Shown: positions 1-48,399 of the stretch, one piece after another
Layout: every line of letters begins with the position of its first letter
Numbering within the stretch: position 1 is the stretch's first letter
NCBI RefSeq assembly: GCF_001194135.2
Contig: NC_068984.1
Coordinates: forward strand, 76,345,448 to 76,409,447
Origin: Octopus bimaculoides
Taxonomy: Eukaryota
DNA length: 64,000 nucleotides
Direction of reading: 5' to 3'
Made by a program: the position numbers and the translations under genes
The notes under the pieces: model-generated
What the model saw: only the letters and a program-made list of their open reading frames with translations
Told to the model about the DNA's origin: nothing
Database searches by the model: none

Positions 1-450
1 CAATGTAGCTTGTCCTTTTTTATAAAATGCTAAGATGTGACATGAGAGAGAGATTTGGCTTCTATTTCTGGCTAGTCAAGTAATCCAATAATTGAAAGAA
101 GTAAAAGATAAAAGGAACTAAGTCTTAACAAGAACAGCTTGGCCTCATCCTTCAGCAATTAATAACACAAGTATTTGTCATATATTGGAATGAATTCTAT
201 TGTTTATATATCTGCTCCTTTAAAAAAAATAAATGATAAAAAAAGAATGAAATAACTAACAATAGTCGTGTATTTGTGCATATGAAAGAAATTTATATTT
301 TTTTAAAGTTTAAGCTGAAATTAATCAAATGTAAGTTGCTTTGAGAACAATAATTTCTTGGAAATGTCATCCCACCATCTGAAGTATTCTGTAAACAATT
401 TGGGGGGAGGGGATGAGTCAATTACATTGACACCAGTGTTCAACTGGTAC

Positions 451-488
<38 letters not shown>

Positions 489-726
489 ACAAAGCCACTG
501 ATTTTAGGAGGGAGAGGTTAGTTGATGATGTCAACTGGTTTTTTATTTTATCGACCTTGAAGTTTACAACTTTGTGTTCATTTGTTTCATGATTCTTCCA
601 TTAATACTTCAGCTTGTACATCTGTGTTCAACTAGTGATGTCATAAGACTAAAACTTGTCTGAAGTTGTCTCCCATACTTGTCTTAACTAATTCCCCATC
701 CCACTTTTCAATATAATTATTTCTAG

Positions 727-782
727 ATAGGTTTTTAATGATCCCTACATTTAATGTTAACACTAAATTAGCTTTTGTCTAT
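727..782 (+). CDS. Candidate upstream exon of the NEF1-like gene (RFLMIPTFNVNTKLAFVY)
   Basis: ttatttctag acceptor and tat|gtaagt donor; only one frame is open (phase 1 in, phase 0 out). Compatible with exon 4140 directly, but not with 3056 without an intervening exon. Confidence 0.4.
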
Positions 783-898
783 GTAAGTGTTTGGTATACA
801 TCAATCTGATTTTCACAACTCCCAGAGATGAACAAACCATGGTTAACATTCCCATGGTGAACAGTCAGTAGTGAACATTCTACAATGAATGCCCAATG

Positions 899-1113
899 GT
901 TAACTGTTTTCATTCCAACATGCCTCCCCTGGTTCTGTGATGCAAACTCTTTGTTTTAAAGTGATCTAAATTAAAATTTCTCATTAAAACTTCATGTTAA
1001 TTTATGTTCTATGCATTTGCTTAATAAGGACAAAGTTATTTTACTATATTCTTCATTATTTTCAAAATTATTTGAAATAACGTGGGCATATTTCAACAAA
1101 AATTTGGTAACAA
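899..1113. mobile_element. Degenerate TTAA-type MITE (reverse copy of the 34905 family)
   Basis: Reverse-complement similarity to 34909-35139, ending ...ggtaacaaaagagtgaa. Confidence 0.55.
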
Positions 1114-1264
1114 AAGAGTGAATACCCAGAGATGAACACTCTGCAATAAAACTTAATCTCTATTTGCATAGCTTTCAGAATCACAACCTGAATTTGTTAC
1201 TGCTAGAAGTGGCAGCCCATCTTCCTCAAAGGACACTTCCATTTTGTAAAATAGTCTAAGCCAG

Positions 1265-1460
1265 GCAGTGGATTTACAGACTTGCTAGAGCAACAAGCCA
1301 ACCACATTGCAGTACTAAGTTGCACACTTTCATGTTCTGAGTTCAAACTCTGCCTTTCATCCTTTTGTGGGTCAATAAAATATATCATATAGTGGGATTG
1401 GTTTAATCAATTATATTACCTACTCTCCCCTAAAATGTGTAACTTTGTGCTTATATCAGA
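1265..1460 (+). mobile_element. tRNA-derived SINE family B, degenerate
   Basis: gttctgagttcaaactctgcctttcatcctttt core shared with the 17818 and 40624 copies. Confidence 0.6.
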
Positions 1461-2323
1461 AATTATAATTATCATCATTGCTTCACTGAAGACCGGGTTT
1501 TTGAATTCACATGGCAATAACATCTGTTAAAAAACATTCCTGGCAATAATATCTGTTAAATCTTTCTTCAGAACTTCTTTTAACTTCAGTTAGGCCCTCT
1601 ATAGTAAAAATGTTATTTTAATAACAGCAGAACATGGCCGGGGGGGGGGGGNNNNNNNNNNAAAGGATATTGAAGTTGAGAGGTTTCAACTGTCTAAATC
1701 CACTTTTGATCTTCAGCCTTTATGTTGTCAATCTACTTGCTAAAAATTGCTGCCAAGCTTCTGTCCTGTAACACAGCCTTGATACATTTAAAAAAGAGGA
1801 AGGGCAAGCACATATTGGATAAAGCATCCTCAATGAGACAAGACTAAAGAAGCCCTCACAACCCCACACTTTCTCTGCTCATGTGCCAACCACTTTACTG
1901 GCTGCATTTTTCGTGACATCAGCACAAGTGAAGCTGTCTCATTCACCAAATCATGCTTTGGGGAGTGTTGTTTCACAGCACCAGTATGGGGAAGGGTATC
2001 TTGTATGCAGTAAATGTTGAGTACTCAGTAACCTAAGATATGTGAACTGACATAAGGAATAGAAGGTAGAGCAATAGCAGTAGAAGAACCAGAAGTGAGT
2101 AGCTGAGAATGGCTAGAGTGTAAATGCAGAGAGTACTCAATAACCTACAGCATCTACATTTGCTCAGATGGTTGAGGTAGAGAAGAGGGGAAGGAGTGAT
2201 AATATCACAAGGACCAGAGTGGCTGGGTGAAAGGAGCAAGAGTATGATGGAAAAGACAGAGGTGGTGGTTATTTGGTCAGTAGGGGTTTGATTGGCAATA
2301 ACCTTAGCCTTTGACAACAGGAA

Positions 2324-2990
2324 TGGGATCTTGTTCAAAATGGGGGCACCAGTTTTCATTTATGTTTTATGTAGTGTTTTTGGTACCGAAAGACTTTCAA
2401 ACTTCGTATACTTATCTATTTTGTGTTATAGAACAGAAAAAAATTTTTGTATTCGAATTTATTTCATGTAAAAAATTGTCTTATTTCGATAATTTCAACC
2501 AATCACTGACAAGTATTCAGCTGTTTACACTTACTCCTTTGGCAATTTAAGCGGTGTAAAGCGTATTTAATCTCCATTACTTCTGACATTTTGCAGAGAG
2601 GCAACACGCATGTGTTCGTTTTCCCTAACCGACTTGTTCCTTCCCTCAAAAACCAGGCCTTGTGCCTATAATAGAAAGGTTTATTAGCTACTGCCAATAT
2701 GCTTCAGCCATTTTTTGTCAAGGAAATAATAATTTTATCACCGCCAGAATCGTTTGAGAATCGTTTGTTTACGTAGTCAGCACTTAATTTTTACGGCTGA
2801 GTGGACGTCAGTCATTAGTTAAAATTACAGAAATACGACAATTTTAACATGAAATAACTTGCGATGTACGTTTTTTTGTTAAGAAGACTAAGAGAAAAAG
2901 ATGTTTTATATGACACATTCTACCAGTGTCCCAAGTTTCAAAGTGTTTCGTTAAGAAAATACTGGTGCCCCTGTTTTGAACAAGATCCCA
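2324..2990. mobile_element. Putative MITE with 30-bp terminal inverted repeats
   Basis: TGGGATCTTGTTCAAAATGGGGGCACCAGT (2324-2353) versus the reverse complement of 2961-2990: 28/30 identical. Interior retains CpG; no TSD found. Confidence 0.6.
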
Positions 2991-3055
2991 AGAGTGTTCT
3001 GGATGACAGATAAAGCTTAGGATTTTTTTTTTCATGTATTGTTTGACTAATATAG

Positions 3056-3107
3056 ACTCCTCCTCAGTATTTGTGTACAACTGTTTGTCAACTATTCTAC
3101 TCTTCAG
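3056..3107 (+). CDS. Candidate upstream exon (LLLSICVQLFVNYSTLQ)
   Basis: Poly-T tract then aatatag acceptor; cag|gtgttt donor; phase 2 in, phase 0 out; joins in frame to VEMVF. Confidence 0.4.
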
Positions 3108-3143
3108 GTGTTTTTAATCCTCTTTATTTTTCAGTTGTATGTT

Positions 3144-3362
3144 TAACCTTTTAGCATTTAAACCAGCCAAAATATTCTATCCATTTTATGTTCAAACTGG
3201 CCAGATCCAGCCTCTCACACCTACCCTACACTATCATTCTAAAAATAAGCAATCACATCATTGAAATCTTAAAGCTACAAGATAATGCATGTTTAACTAA
3301 AAAGAATATGAATAAATGATCAATACATTTAACAGAGTAATATGAATGCTAAAGGTTTAACA
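3144..3362. mobile_element. piggyBac-like MITE (TTAACC(C)TTTAGCATT...AATGCTAAAGG(G)TTAA type)
   Basis: Degenerate TIRs with TTAA at both ends; a related partial copy lies at about 16615-16790. Confidence 0.6.
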
Positions 3363-4139
3363 TTATAATAAATTACCTTTTTTTTTATGTTTGTAAACAC
3401 TAATTTTCTAATGTAACCTCTCTTCTCTTCAAAAGTACAAGTGTATTCTCCACATTAAAGTGTCACTCACATATCCGAGGTATATGGTGCAGTTGCTGTT
3501 ACAAATGCAAATATTCCAGGTCACACTCTAAAATTACACTGTTCATTTGTTTGATTGCTGCACCCTCACTCAGAAATAAGCTACAACTCATTGATACATT
3601 GTGTCCCCTGGTATCACTACTACTGCTACTACTACTACTGCTACTACTACTACTACTGCTACTACTTACAATGCTAACTTCTATATTAGAATTGTTGAAA
3701 ATTATTCTCTACTCCTGTCTAATCCTACCTCATTGAACTACCTTGCCTCTTCTTGACCCTGTTATGTTTGCTCCTCACACAAAGCACCTTCACTAACACT
3801 TGAAAAACTTTACCTAAATAGTTATTCCCAGAACAATAAAAGCAGCGAAACACCATTCCTTGGAACACTTTACTTGCTTACATCTTTTCTATAACCATTC
3901 AACAATAAGCAGTTCAAACTTAACAACAACTGCGTCAACTTAACCTGTCTTTGAGCGACTGCATATTTATTGATATTGCTTTTCCTCGTCAAGCTATGAC
4001 ACTCTACTCCTTGTATGGCATTATTTTCTCTTTTGCTTTTACTCTACACCCTCCTCCTCCTCTTCTTCCTCCTCTTCTTCTTCCTCCTCCTCTTCCTCCT
4101 CCTCCTTATTATTATTCCTGAGACTTGTTTATTTAACAG

Positions 4140-40026
<35,887 letters not shown>

Positions 40027-40032
40027 AGCAGC

Positions 40033-40330
40033 AATAAAATCTATCTGTGATATGAAGAGGTGAAAGATTACTTAACCTTATTTTATGGATAATAGCCATT
40101 GTAAATGGGAATGTGTGACAGAGATAAAATATAAATATCTATTTTTGTGAAAAAAAGAACTTTATGTCACACATTAATCCAATTGATATATTGGAGTTGA
40201 TTGATTCTTTGGATAACTTTTAATCCCAGTTACTACAGTAAGGTCCTACAAAGATTTTTAAAAAAATGAGAAGAGAGATGGAAAAGATATTTAAAAAGTA
40301 CAGTTATTTATTATTATTGTTAACAATAAA
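40033..40330 (+). terminator. Candidate polyadenylation signals (AATAAA at 40033-40038 and 40325-40330)
   Basis: Hexamers downstream of the stop codon; common by chance in AT-rich DNA. Confidence 0.3.
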
Positions 40331-40389
40331 GCAATACATAATATTACTCGTCATCACCATCATCATCATCATCATCATCATCATCATTA

Positions 40390-41860
40390 TTAGGACAGTA
40401 GATTGGTTGAATTGTTAGAGGGTTGGACAAATTACCTTGTGATATTTGTTCAAGCTCCTTACATTCTGTGTTCAAATATCACCAAGGTCAACTTTTCCTT
40501 TCATCCTTCCAGAGGTTCATAAAATAAAATTCTATTCAAATGTTGGGATCAATGTAACTGGCTGCCCTCCTTCTCTCAACATTGCTTGCTTTGTGCCAAA
40601 GTTATTATTATTATTATTATTATAAAGCAGAGAGCTGGCAGAATATTTAACGGTATTTCACCCATCGCTACATTCTGAGTTCAAATTCCACCGAGGTCAA
40701 TCTTGCGTTTCATCTTTTGGGATCGATAAATTAAGCACTAGTCAAGTACTGGGGTCGATATGGTCAACTTACCCTCTCCACAAAAATTTCAGGCCTTGTG
40801 CCTATAGTAGAAAGGATTATTATAAGCAGAGAGCTGGTAGAATTGTTAGCACATCAGGGAAAATGCTTAGTGGCATTTCATCCATCTTACATTCTGAGTT
40901 CAAATTCCGTTGAAGTTAACTTTGCCTTTCATCCTTTCAGGGTCGATAAACTAAGTATCAGTTGAACTCTAGGGTTGATGTAATCAACCTACTCCTACCC
41001 CTGAATTGCTGGCCTCATGCCAAAATTTGAAATCATCATCATCTTTATTATTATTATTATTATTTGTTCTGGGTCTTGATATTCCCTTTATCTTCCAATC
41101 TACTGGAAGTCAATAAAATGAAGTACCAGTGAAATACTGAGGTTGATAATGTCAACTTACTCCCCTATCTTCAGAATTGTTGGCCCTGTGCCAAAATTGA
41201 AATCCATCATCATCATCATCACCATTATTTCTGTTGTTACAATTTTTAGAATTCACAAATTAGAAAATTATCTAAAGGACTTGTGCACTCGGACCACATG
41301 TAGTTAGAGTATCAAACTTCATTAAATCAAATAATTTGAGGCTGTTTGTATAAAGAATTGTATGGTACAAACCAGTCATGTTGTTATGATTGATGAACAT
41401 TTTTCAGTTAATGAAAAAATCTGTATAATAAAAAATGTCTCCTATTTCACTCCAATAAATTTTCATTCCATTATTTCCTCCAATAAAAAAAATCCTATAA
41501 GTTTTTTTTTACTGTTCATTGTTATTATTATTGTTATTGTTGCTGTTTTTGATTTGACTCAGGTTTGTTCTTATTCCAATTAGAATTTATGTGGGTAGTG
41601 GGTTACTAACTGTAACCTTAGATATTCACAAGCTTTCTATTATTATTAAAGCAATAAACTGACAGAATTGTTACTGCGCCAGACAAAATGCTTAACATTA
41701 ATTCTTCCAGTCTTACATTTTGAGTTCAAATGCTACTGAGGTTGATTTTGCCTTTCATCATTTCAGAGTTAATAAAATAAATATCAGTTGAGCATTGGGG
41801 TTAATGTTATCGACTAGTCCCCACCCTTAAATAAATTGATGGCCTTGTGCCAAAGTAAGA
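40390..41860 (+). mobile_element. Cluster of SINE family B copies (about 40390, 40624, 40823, partial 41065, 41648)
   Basis: Repeated ~200-bp unit joined by (ATT/ATC)n. Confidence 0.8.
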
Positions 41861-42719
41861 AATTTCAAATCAGTCACCTATAACAAAAATCCCTTAAAAA
41901 TTTTATCCCCCAAAATGAGTTGAACTTGTAACCTTTGTTAGTTCTACCACTGAACTACTTCATAAAAAATTATGTAAACAATAAGTATGAATAATTTAGA
42001 AAGACAGAAAAGATGTATGTAATGTAAGTCTGTGTGGGTATTTATGCATTCATGAATGAATATATATATATATATATGAATCAATGATTTCTTCAGTGTG
42101 TAACAATAAAGATACTAAACTTTTCCAGCATGAGATATTTCCATTTGCTTTTGATGTCTCAGTATTTGATATATGTGTGTGTGTGTGTGTCTGAATATGT
42201 ACACATGTATGTATAACATACTGGAAACTAATTGCCATACACAAAAAGTAGATTTTTTTGCAATGTAAACTTAATTCACTATAAACCAACTTGAGCTCAT
42301 GTACTGTTTGGCAATGTTTTATTGTCATTTGATTTCCACTAAAAAGGTGGTATTTTTTTCAAATCATTTGACAATGGAATTTTTTTGTGTGAAGTCTACA
42401 TGCTTAAGAGGCTGTTAGGTGTGTAATCAGAACCTCATATATGGTTGCTTAGAACTTCTTTTGGCATTGCTTCAATAGTTACTTGTAAATCTGGCATAGT
42501 TTGGTAGAGTTCTGCATGACTAAGCAACCCTTTTAAAGTGACACTGCGTGCTCACAGCAAGAGAAAAGATTAGAAAAGGTACCCCAAATATATACACTAT
42601 CTCGGAATAAGCAGTAGGTCAATTTAGGATTTATTCATCATTAAAGGCAGTGACATGGATCAGGAGGCTATAATCAAGAGCCAGATGGACACACAAGAGG
42701 TGCAGCAATATCAAAGGAA

Positions 42720-42996
42720 GGCTAATTAGGAAGATAGTTTTTGTGTGTGGCAAATGCTCAGGAGCAATAAACACTGAAAACGTGTAGAGAAAAGCTTCCA
42801 TCACATTCCAGGGGGGAAAACTACAAGTAGTTGATAGCTTCTGTTACCTAGGTGACGAAGTCAGTAGCAGGGGTGGATGCACTGAAAGTGTAGCTGCTAG
42901 AGTAAGGATAGCCTGGACAAAGTTCAGAGAGCTTCTACCTCTGCTGGTAACAAAGGGCTTCTCCCTCAGAGTAAAAGGTAGACTGTATGACGCATG
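42720..42996 (+). mobile_element. RTE LINE fragment (post-RT region)
   Basis: KLQVVDSFCYLGDEVSSRGGCTESVAARVRIAWTKFRELLPLLVTKGFSLRVKGRLYDA. Confidence 0.85.
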
Positions 42997-43765
42997 AAGT
43001 GGATTCAATCCACCATAGCCAAATTTAAATTAACACTGCAGCAGAACTTTTCCCACGGTGGTACAGTGGTTTTTCTGTGACAGCAGTTTTACATTTTCCA
43101 GATGCCTTTAGCTAGGCCAAAATAATGTCTTCACCACTTGACCCTTTCTAACCTCTTCTACTCCACCAAAAGCTAGAATAGAGATAACAAGACCACCAAC
43201 TAAATCTATTGTTCTCAATGATATGTCTATCCTTCTGGATAGTTATAAAAGCATAAACCCCAAGCAAAAAGTTAGTCACATGGTGACGATTCAATGAGAA
43301 CGAAGTCTGGCTGACTAGCTGGAACCTTGGTCAGAGGGAGAAATGAAGTTTACTGTCAGCAACTGTGAGACAATGTCCCACACCCTACAACTCTCACTAG
43401 CTCTAATTCTGTTCTCTTACAACATCATTCTATCTCTCTCTGTAATTACTACTAAACAATGAAGAGGACACAAACACAAATCTTACTTCGCATGCTTTTG
43501 GATTTATCACAACCTGCCCGTTGAGGCAAGGTATTGTAACATAGCGGTAAATAAATACTTTCTTAAAATTTCATGCATTGTTCATCTTTCACATCCTACA
43601 ACATGCTGTTATAACAACAAATTTTTATCGTCGCAACTGCTCACTCCGACATATATTATTGTGTACCTAATCAATCTTACCCGTTATAATTGGTGACCCT
43701 CGACTACAAAAATAAAAACATTGTTACACACGCACACATATATATATACTTATTCGTACCTTTAC

Positions 43766-44380
43766 TTCATTGGACACTAAACTCTGCTTGCGAAGACCTG
43801 TTGAGGCAAGTGAAATCGAACCAAATTTGATGACTGGCACCCATGCCAACCTCTCCTTCATTGGACACTAAACTCTGCTTGCAAAGACCTGTTGGGGCAA
43901 GTGAAATCGAAATCGTGATTTAACCAAATTCGATGACTGGCACCTGTGCCAGTAGAGCGCTAACAGCACCGTCCGAGCATGATCATTGCCAGAGCAGCTG
44001 TCTGGCTTCCGTACCAGTGGCACGTAAATAGCACCATTTGAGCGTAATCGTTACCAGCGTCGCCTTACTGGCACGTAAAAAAATATTTGAGCGAGGTTGT
44101 TGCCAGTGCCGCTGGACTGGCTCCTGTGCAGGTGGCACATAAAATACACCATTTTGAGCGTTGCCATTGCCAGTACCGCCTGACTGGCCCTCGTGCCGGT
44201 GGCACGTAAAAGCACTCACTACACTCTCGGAGTGGTTGGCGTTAGGAAGGGCATCCAGCTGTAGAAACTCCGCCAGATCAGATTGGAGCCTGGTGTAGCC
44301 AGCCATCTGGTATGCCAGTCCTTAGTTAAATCGTCCAATCCATGCTAGCATGGAAAGCGGACGTTAAACGAGGATGATGA
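43766..44380 (+). mobile_element. Young RTE-tail-type repeat with internal tandem subrepeats
   Basis: Two ~55-bp copies at 90-bp spacing (43767, 43857), several ~65-bp units at 44000-44215, ending ggaaagcggacgttaaacg(atg)n; CpG intact. Confidence 0.75.
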
Positions 44381-44411
44381 TATATATATACTTTATTTAA
44401 AAGCAACAGAA

Positions 44412-44491
44412 ATATAACAAAAGCTGTTACTCAGAGTTTCACGTTCCTGTTTGTCTGAACGTGAAACGCTGAGTAACAGCTTTTGTTATAT
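44412..44491. repeat. 35-bp stem / 10-nt loop hairpin
   Basis: 44412-44446 versus the reverse complement of 44457-44491: 34/35 identical. Confidence 0.9.
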
Positions 44492-44589
44492 ATGCATACA
44501 TGTATATGTATACATATGTGTAGATGTATATATATAGATGTACATGTAATATGTACACATATATACATATATATACATGCATACAGATA

Positions 44590-45283
44590 TCTATACATAT
44601 ATACACCCATCACACACATACACATGCACACAAACACACACATTAGTCATTTGTTTTCTTATCCAAAACTACGTCAAAAGTACTGAACGGATCTTTATGA
44701 AATTTGGAAATTATATTCTATGCATAACGGCCATAACTCCCATGAAAATTCATATATTTTTGATGTTGATGAAATTTTAACCCGAACATAACAGATGAGC
44801 ATTACTTGTAATTCAACGGTNNNNNNNNNNNNNNNNNNNNNNNNNNNNNNNNNNNNNNNNNNNNNNNNNNNNNNNNNNNNNNNNNNNNNNNNNNNNNNNN
44901 NNNNNNNNNNNNNNNNNNNNNNNNNNNNNNNNNNNNNNNNNNNNNNNNNNNNNNNNNNNNNNNNNNNNNNNCGCATCTTTGCCTCCACTGATTCACTTGC
45001 GAAGTGTTGAGTAAAATTATTTCGTTTCAGACCTCCTTTGAGTCTTTTTATTATCACTGCGACACACATAGTCCCCAGTTGGTAACATTGATTTCAAGGC
45101 TTTTCCAGATGAGAGACTGGCATTCCACTTAATGTCTATGTTCCATGCTGGCATGGATTGGAGAGTTATTAATGTAGAAATATGGTATTGTAGCTACTAA
45201 CAGTTGAGGGTTGCGTAGTCTAGACGGCGTTTTTAGATTTCATTATTCTCTTTAACCCGGGCAAAGCCGGGTATTTCTGCTAG
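44590..45283 (+). mobile_element. Non-autonomous Helitron (5' boundary uncertain; contains a gap)
   Basis: actgaacggatctttatgaaatttgg internal motif; 3' ACCCGG-GCAAAG-CCGGGT hairpin (45255-45272), then CTAG at 45280-45283 followed by T. Confidence 0.7.
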
Positions 45284-45714
45284 TATAACAATATGAATTT
45301 ACGCAATGTTATCTTAATAAGCTATTTAATGGACTTGTATTTGAAATAAACTCTGTTATTGAAACAAATGTAGTGATGTTTTGAACTACCCATTCGTCGT
45401 TGTTTACTAAATATTATGCTGTATAATATGTACCAGTTATATCTTTTATTACATACAGGGATGGACAGGATAACTGGAACTAGTGAACAACTGTTTAATC
45501 CTGTATGAACTGCTGAATTGTCCACTTCAGTTACATGGAAAGACAGGGGGATATAATTTTATGTTAATATGCCAAGATTTATGTGATGTCATCCGTTTAT
45601 ATACATGTATGTGTGTATGTATGTATGTATGCATGTATGTATGTATGTATGTGTCTGTCTACGTCTATACTACTGGTATTATTATTTCTGATAAGGCAGC
45701 GAGCTGGCAGAATC

Positions 45715-45985
45715 GTCAGCATGGTGGGTAAAATGTTTAGCGGCATTACGCCCGTCTTCATATTCTGCATTCGAATTTCGCCGGGGCCGACTTTGTCTTT
45801 CATCCTTTCGGAGTCGATAAGTTAACTACTGGTCAAATATTGTGGTCAATGTGATCGACTATACCCCTCCCCACAAATTCCATTTCCGCTGAGGTCGACT
45901 TTGCCTTTCTTTCCTTCAGGGTCATTGTTATCGACTAGCCCCCTCCCCACAAAATTTCAAACCTTGTGCTTATATTAGAAAGGAT
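45715..45985 (+). mobile_element. SINE family B, young, with internal partial duplication
   Basis: aaggcagcgagctggcagaatcgtc head; ...gaaaggatcatcatc tail. Confidence 0.8.
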
Positions 45986-46069
45986 CATCATCTTCGTTGT
46001 CGTCGTCGTGGTTGTTGTTTTTGTTGTTGTTGCTGCTGTCATCATCATCATCATCATCATCATCATTAT

Positions 46070-47265
46070 TGTTTTTGCACAACTTCTAACGCTGGAGATG
46101 TACTACGGTGCCAGCTGTTCACTGCCAGTGAACTAAGGTAACACCCCTTATTTTTCGAGGCCCATCCGGAGTATTCGAGCGGTTCCAAGCAGCGCTGTTT
46201 TCTGCAAGTGCTCCATCCTTAATGCAGCCCCTATTTGTCCCATGTATTTCTCAAGATTTTTGCTCACTGTTCCCAGGGCTCCGACAATTATTAGTACTAC
46301 TACCACTATTTTCATCGACCACAACTGCTTAACCACCCAAGCTAACCTGTCATATTTATCGACTTTTCTTTCTTCCTTATCGCATACCTTGTCAGCTGGG
46401 CATGCTATATCTATGATCCAGCATCGTTTGCTTTTTTCTCAATTAACATTATGTCTGGTTTCCTATTCTCTATCTCATGATCGCACTGAATCATAAAATC
46501 CTACAGGATCTTTGCATTATCATTTTCGATTATGCCTTCAGGTTTTTGTTCGTACCACTTTTTTGCTCTGTCAAGTCCGTACTTGTTACAAAGTGTCCAA
46601 TGAACAATCCTTGCTATATTGTCATGACGTCTCTTATATTCTTTCGGGGCTAGTGGCGTATATTGACTGGTAATATGCCTTACAATTTCACCATTTTGTC
46701 CACAAATTCTGCACTTATCACTTTCTGATGTATTGTGTATTCTGTATTTGATGTAATTGGTTCTTAATGCTTGCTCTTGGGCGGCACAGATTAAAGCCTC
46801 TGTTTCCGGTTTTATATCACTTTTAGTCATCCATAGCCATCTTTTTTCTCTGTCTGACTTATCTTCAACATCACTATGAAATTGTCCATATATTCTTTTC
46901 TTTACCCACCTATTTTCAGTTTCATTCATTCTCAAGTCCTTGTACAGCGCTTTATCTTTGCAATCTTCCATCCTACTCAAGCCTGACCTTCCTACTTCTA
47001 ATATTAGCGGTTCTGTGGCATTTTTTACATACCATGCTATGTTGTTTTCTTCTGCTCTAACGCTGTGTTTGTATCCAATCAGCCCTCTTCCCACTCTTTT
47101 TGTTGGTACATACAATCTGTCTGTGTCACTTTTTGGGTGGAGTGTCCCATATCTAGTCAGCTACTTCCTTATCTTTCTGTCTAAGCTGTTTAGTTCGTCT
47201 ACTGTCCATGCAATTACCCCTGCTCCATATCTATGTAGGGAAACCGCCCAGGTGTTGATAGCTTC
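46070..47265 (-). mobile_element. 5'-truncated R4/Dong-clade non-LTR retrotransposon (RT C-terminus, CCHC region, restriction-like endonuclease)
   Basis: NKIEAINTWAV...LHPKSDTDRLYVP..GRGL; AAQEQALRTNY; CRICG...HITS...YKRRHDNIARIVHW; RKPDIML..IIDIACP..KVDKY; KTALLGTARILR. Flanked by (ATT/ATC)n; few lesions. Confidence 0.9.
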
Positions 47266-47340
47266 AATCTTATTCCGTTCGTTTAATTTCGACTTAAGGA
47301 TCAGTCTCAGTCTGATTATTATTGTTATTGTTGTTATTAC

Positions 47341-47377
<37 letters not shown>

Positions 47378-48399
47378 TAGTCCAAAGCACCTTGACGCCA
47401 GTTATAGGTTTAAGGCCATATACTACCAATTCTATTCTCTTCTAAAACTCTTAACTATACCCTGATACCTAGTTCATTCCTTCTTCTCTGAATCCCTTCT
47501 CAATTCGCTACACTTTGTCTATTTCTCAAGATTCTGCATGGAAAACATCTCATTTCCTTTCAATATCATTCATTTGTACATCTGCCTTTCTTCCCCTTCC
47601 CTACAACATCACTTTATATATCCTTCTCTTTTTTTTCTTTCTCTCACCTTCTACCACTCAAAATACATATTCATCCTTCTAATTTAGAAACCGACTTACG
47701 GGTTCTGACCATAAATATTGAAATACTTCCATCAACTGTTTCATATTTTGAAATGTTTTAGCTGAGGAATGTCCTGTGTAATAGATAGATGCTTTCCCTG
47801 TTATATATTATGCAGACCTGAGACGTACGTATTAAATGATCGCAAAATATCGCTATTTAGTTTGGCTTCATACATTTTCTTTTATTTCTATCATGTTTCA
47901 TCCCAAAGGTTGTGGCTATGTTGTAGCACTGCCAATAAACATTATGAACAACCTTAATAGTTTTCTACCCATATTGGGGTCTCATCAGAGGTGTCTACAT
48001 CACTCGACCGATATGTGTGTGTGTGTGTGTGTGTATTTTAAAGAAATTGTTCTAGAAATCATTTTACACGAGAAAATAGAAACTTGCATAATATAGTGTC
48101 ACGAATATAACGAGATGTAGTTCTTAACGAAGTAGAAAGGGCTGTAGAATGATTTCCTTTGGATTGTAATTCTAGACAGAAATTACCAGAAACGAATTCA
48201 TTAAGCCAGATGTATAAATTATGCTTAAAATGTTATATATACAGTGAAACGAAAGAAGTTAAATTGATAGGAATTTAGAAATAAATTAATATAAGAGAAT
48301 AATTCGGTTTTGCAACCAAATTATAATGAAAATTTACTACAATAGTCGAACATATATTATCATATTAACTCACGAACCAGTAAACATGTAAATACATTC

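Noticed and set aside
567-665. Hydrophobic frame FVFICFMILPLILQLVHLC as a possible exon
   Set aside because: The acceptor would come from a SINE remnant, the donor is weak, and T-rich DNA readily yields hydrophobic frames.
820-1138. 14-bp direct repeat cccagagatgaaca flanking a MITE
   Set aside because: The copies are offset from the element ends and sit in a decayed short tandem repeat, so this is not a TSD.
2033-2359. 108-aa minus-strand ORF
   Set aside because: Its start lies in a MITE TIR and the remainder is pyrimidine-rich, probably old LINE debris; no motif was recognised.
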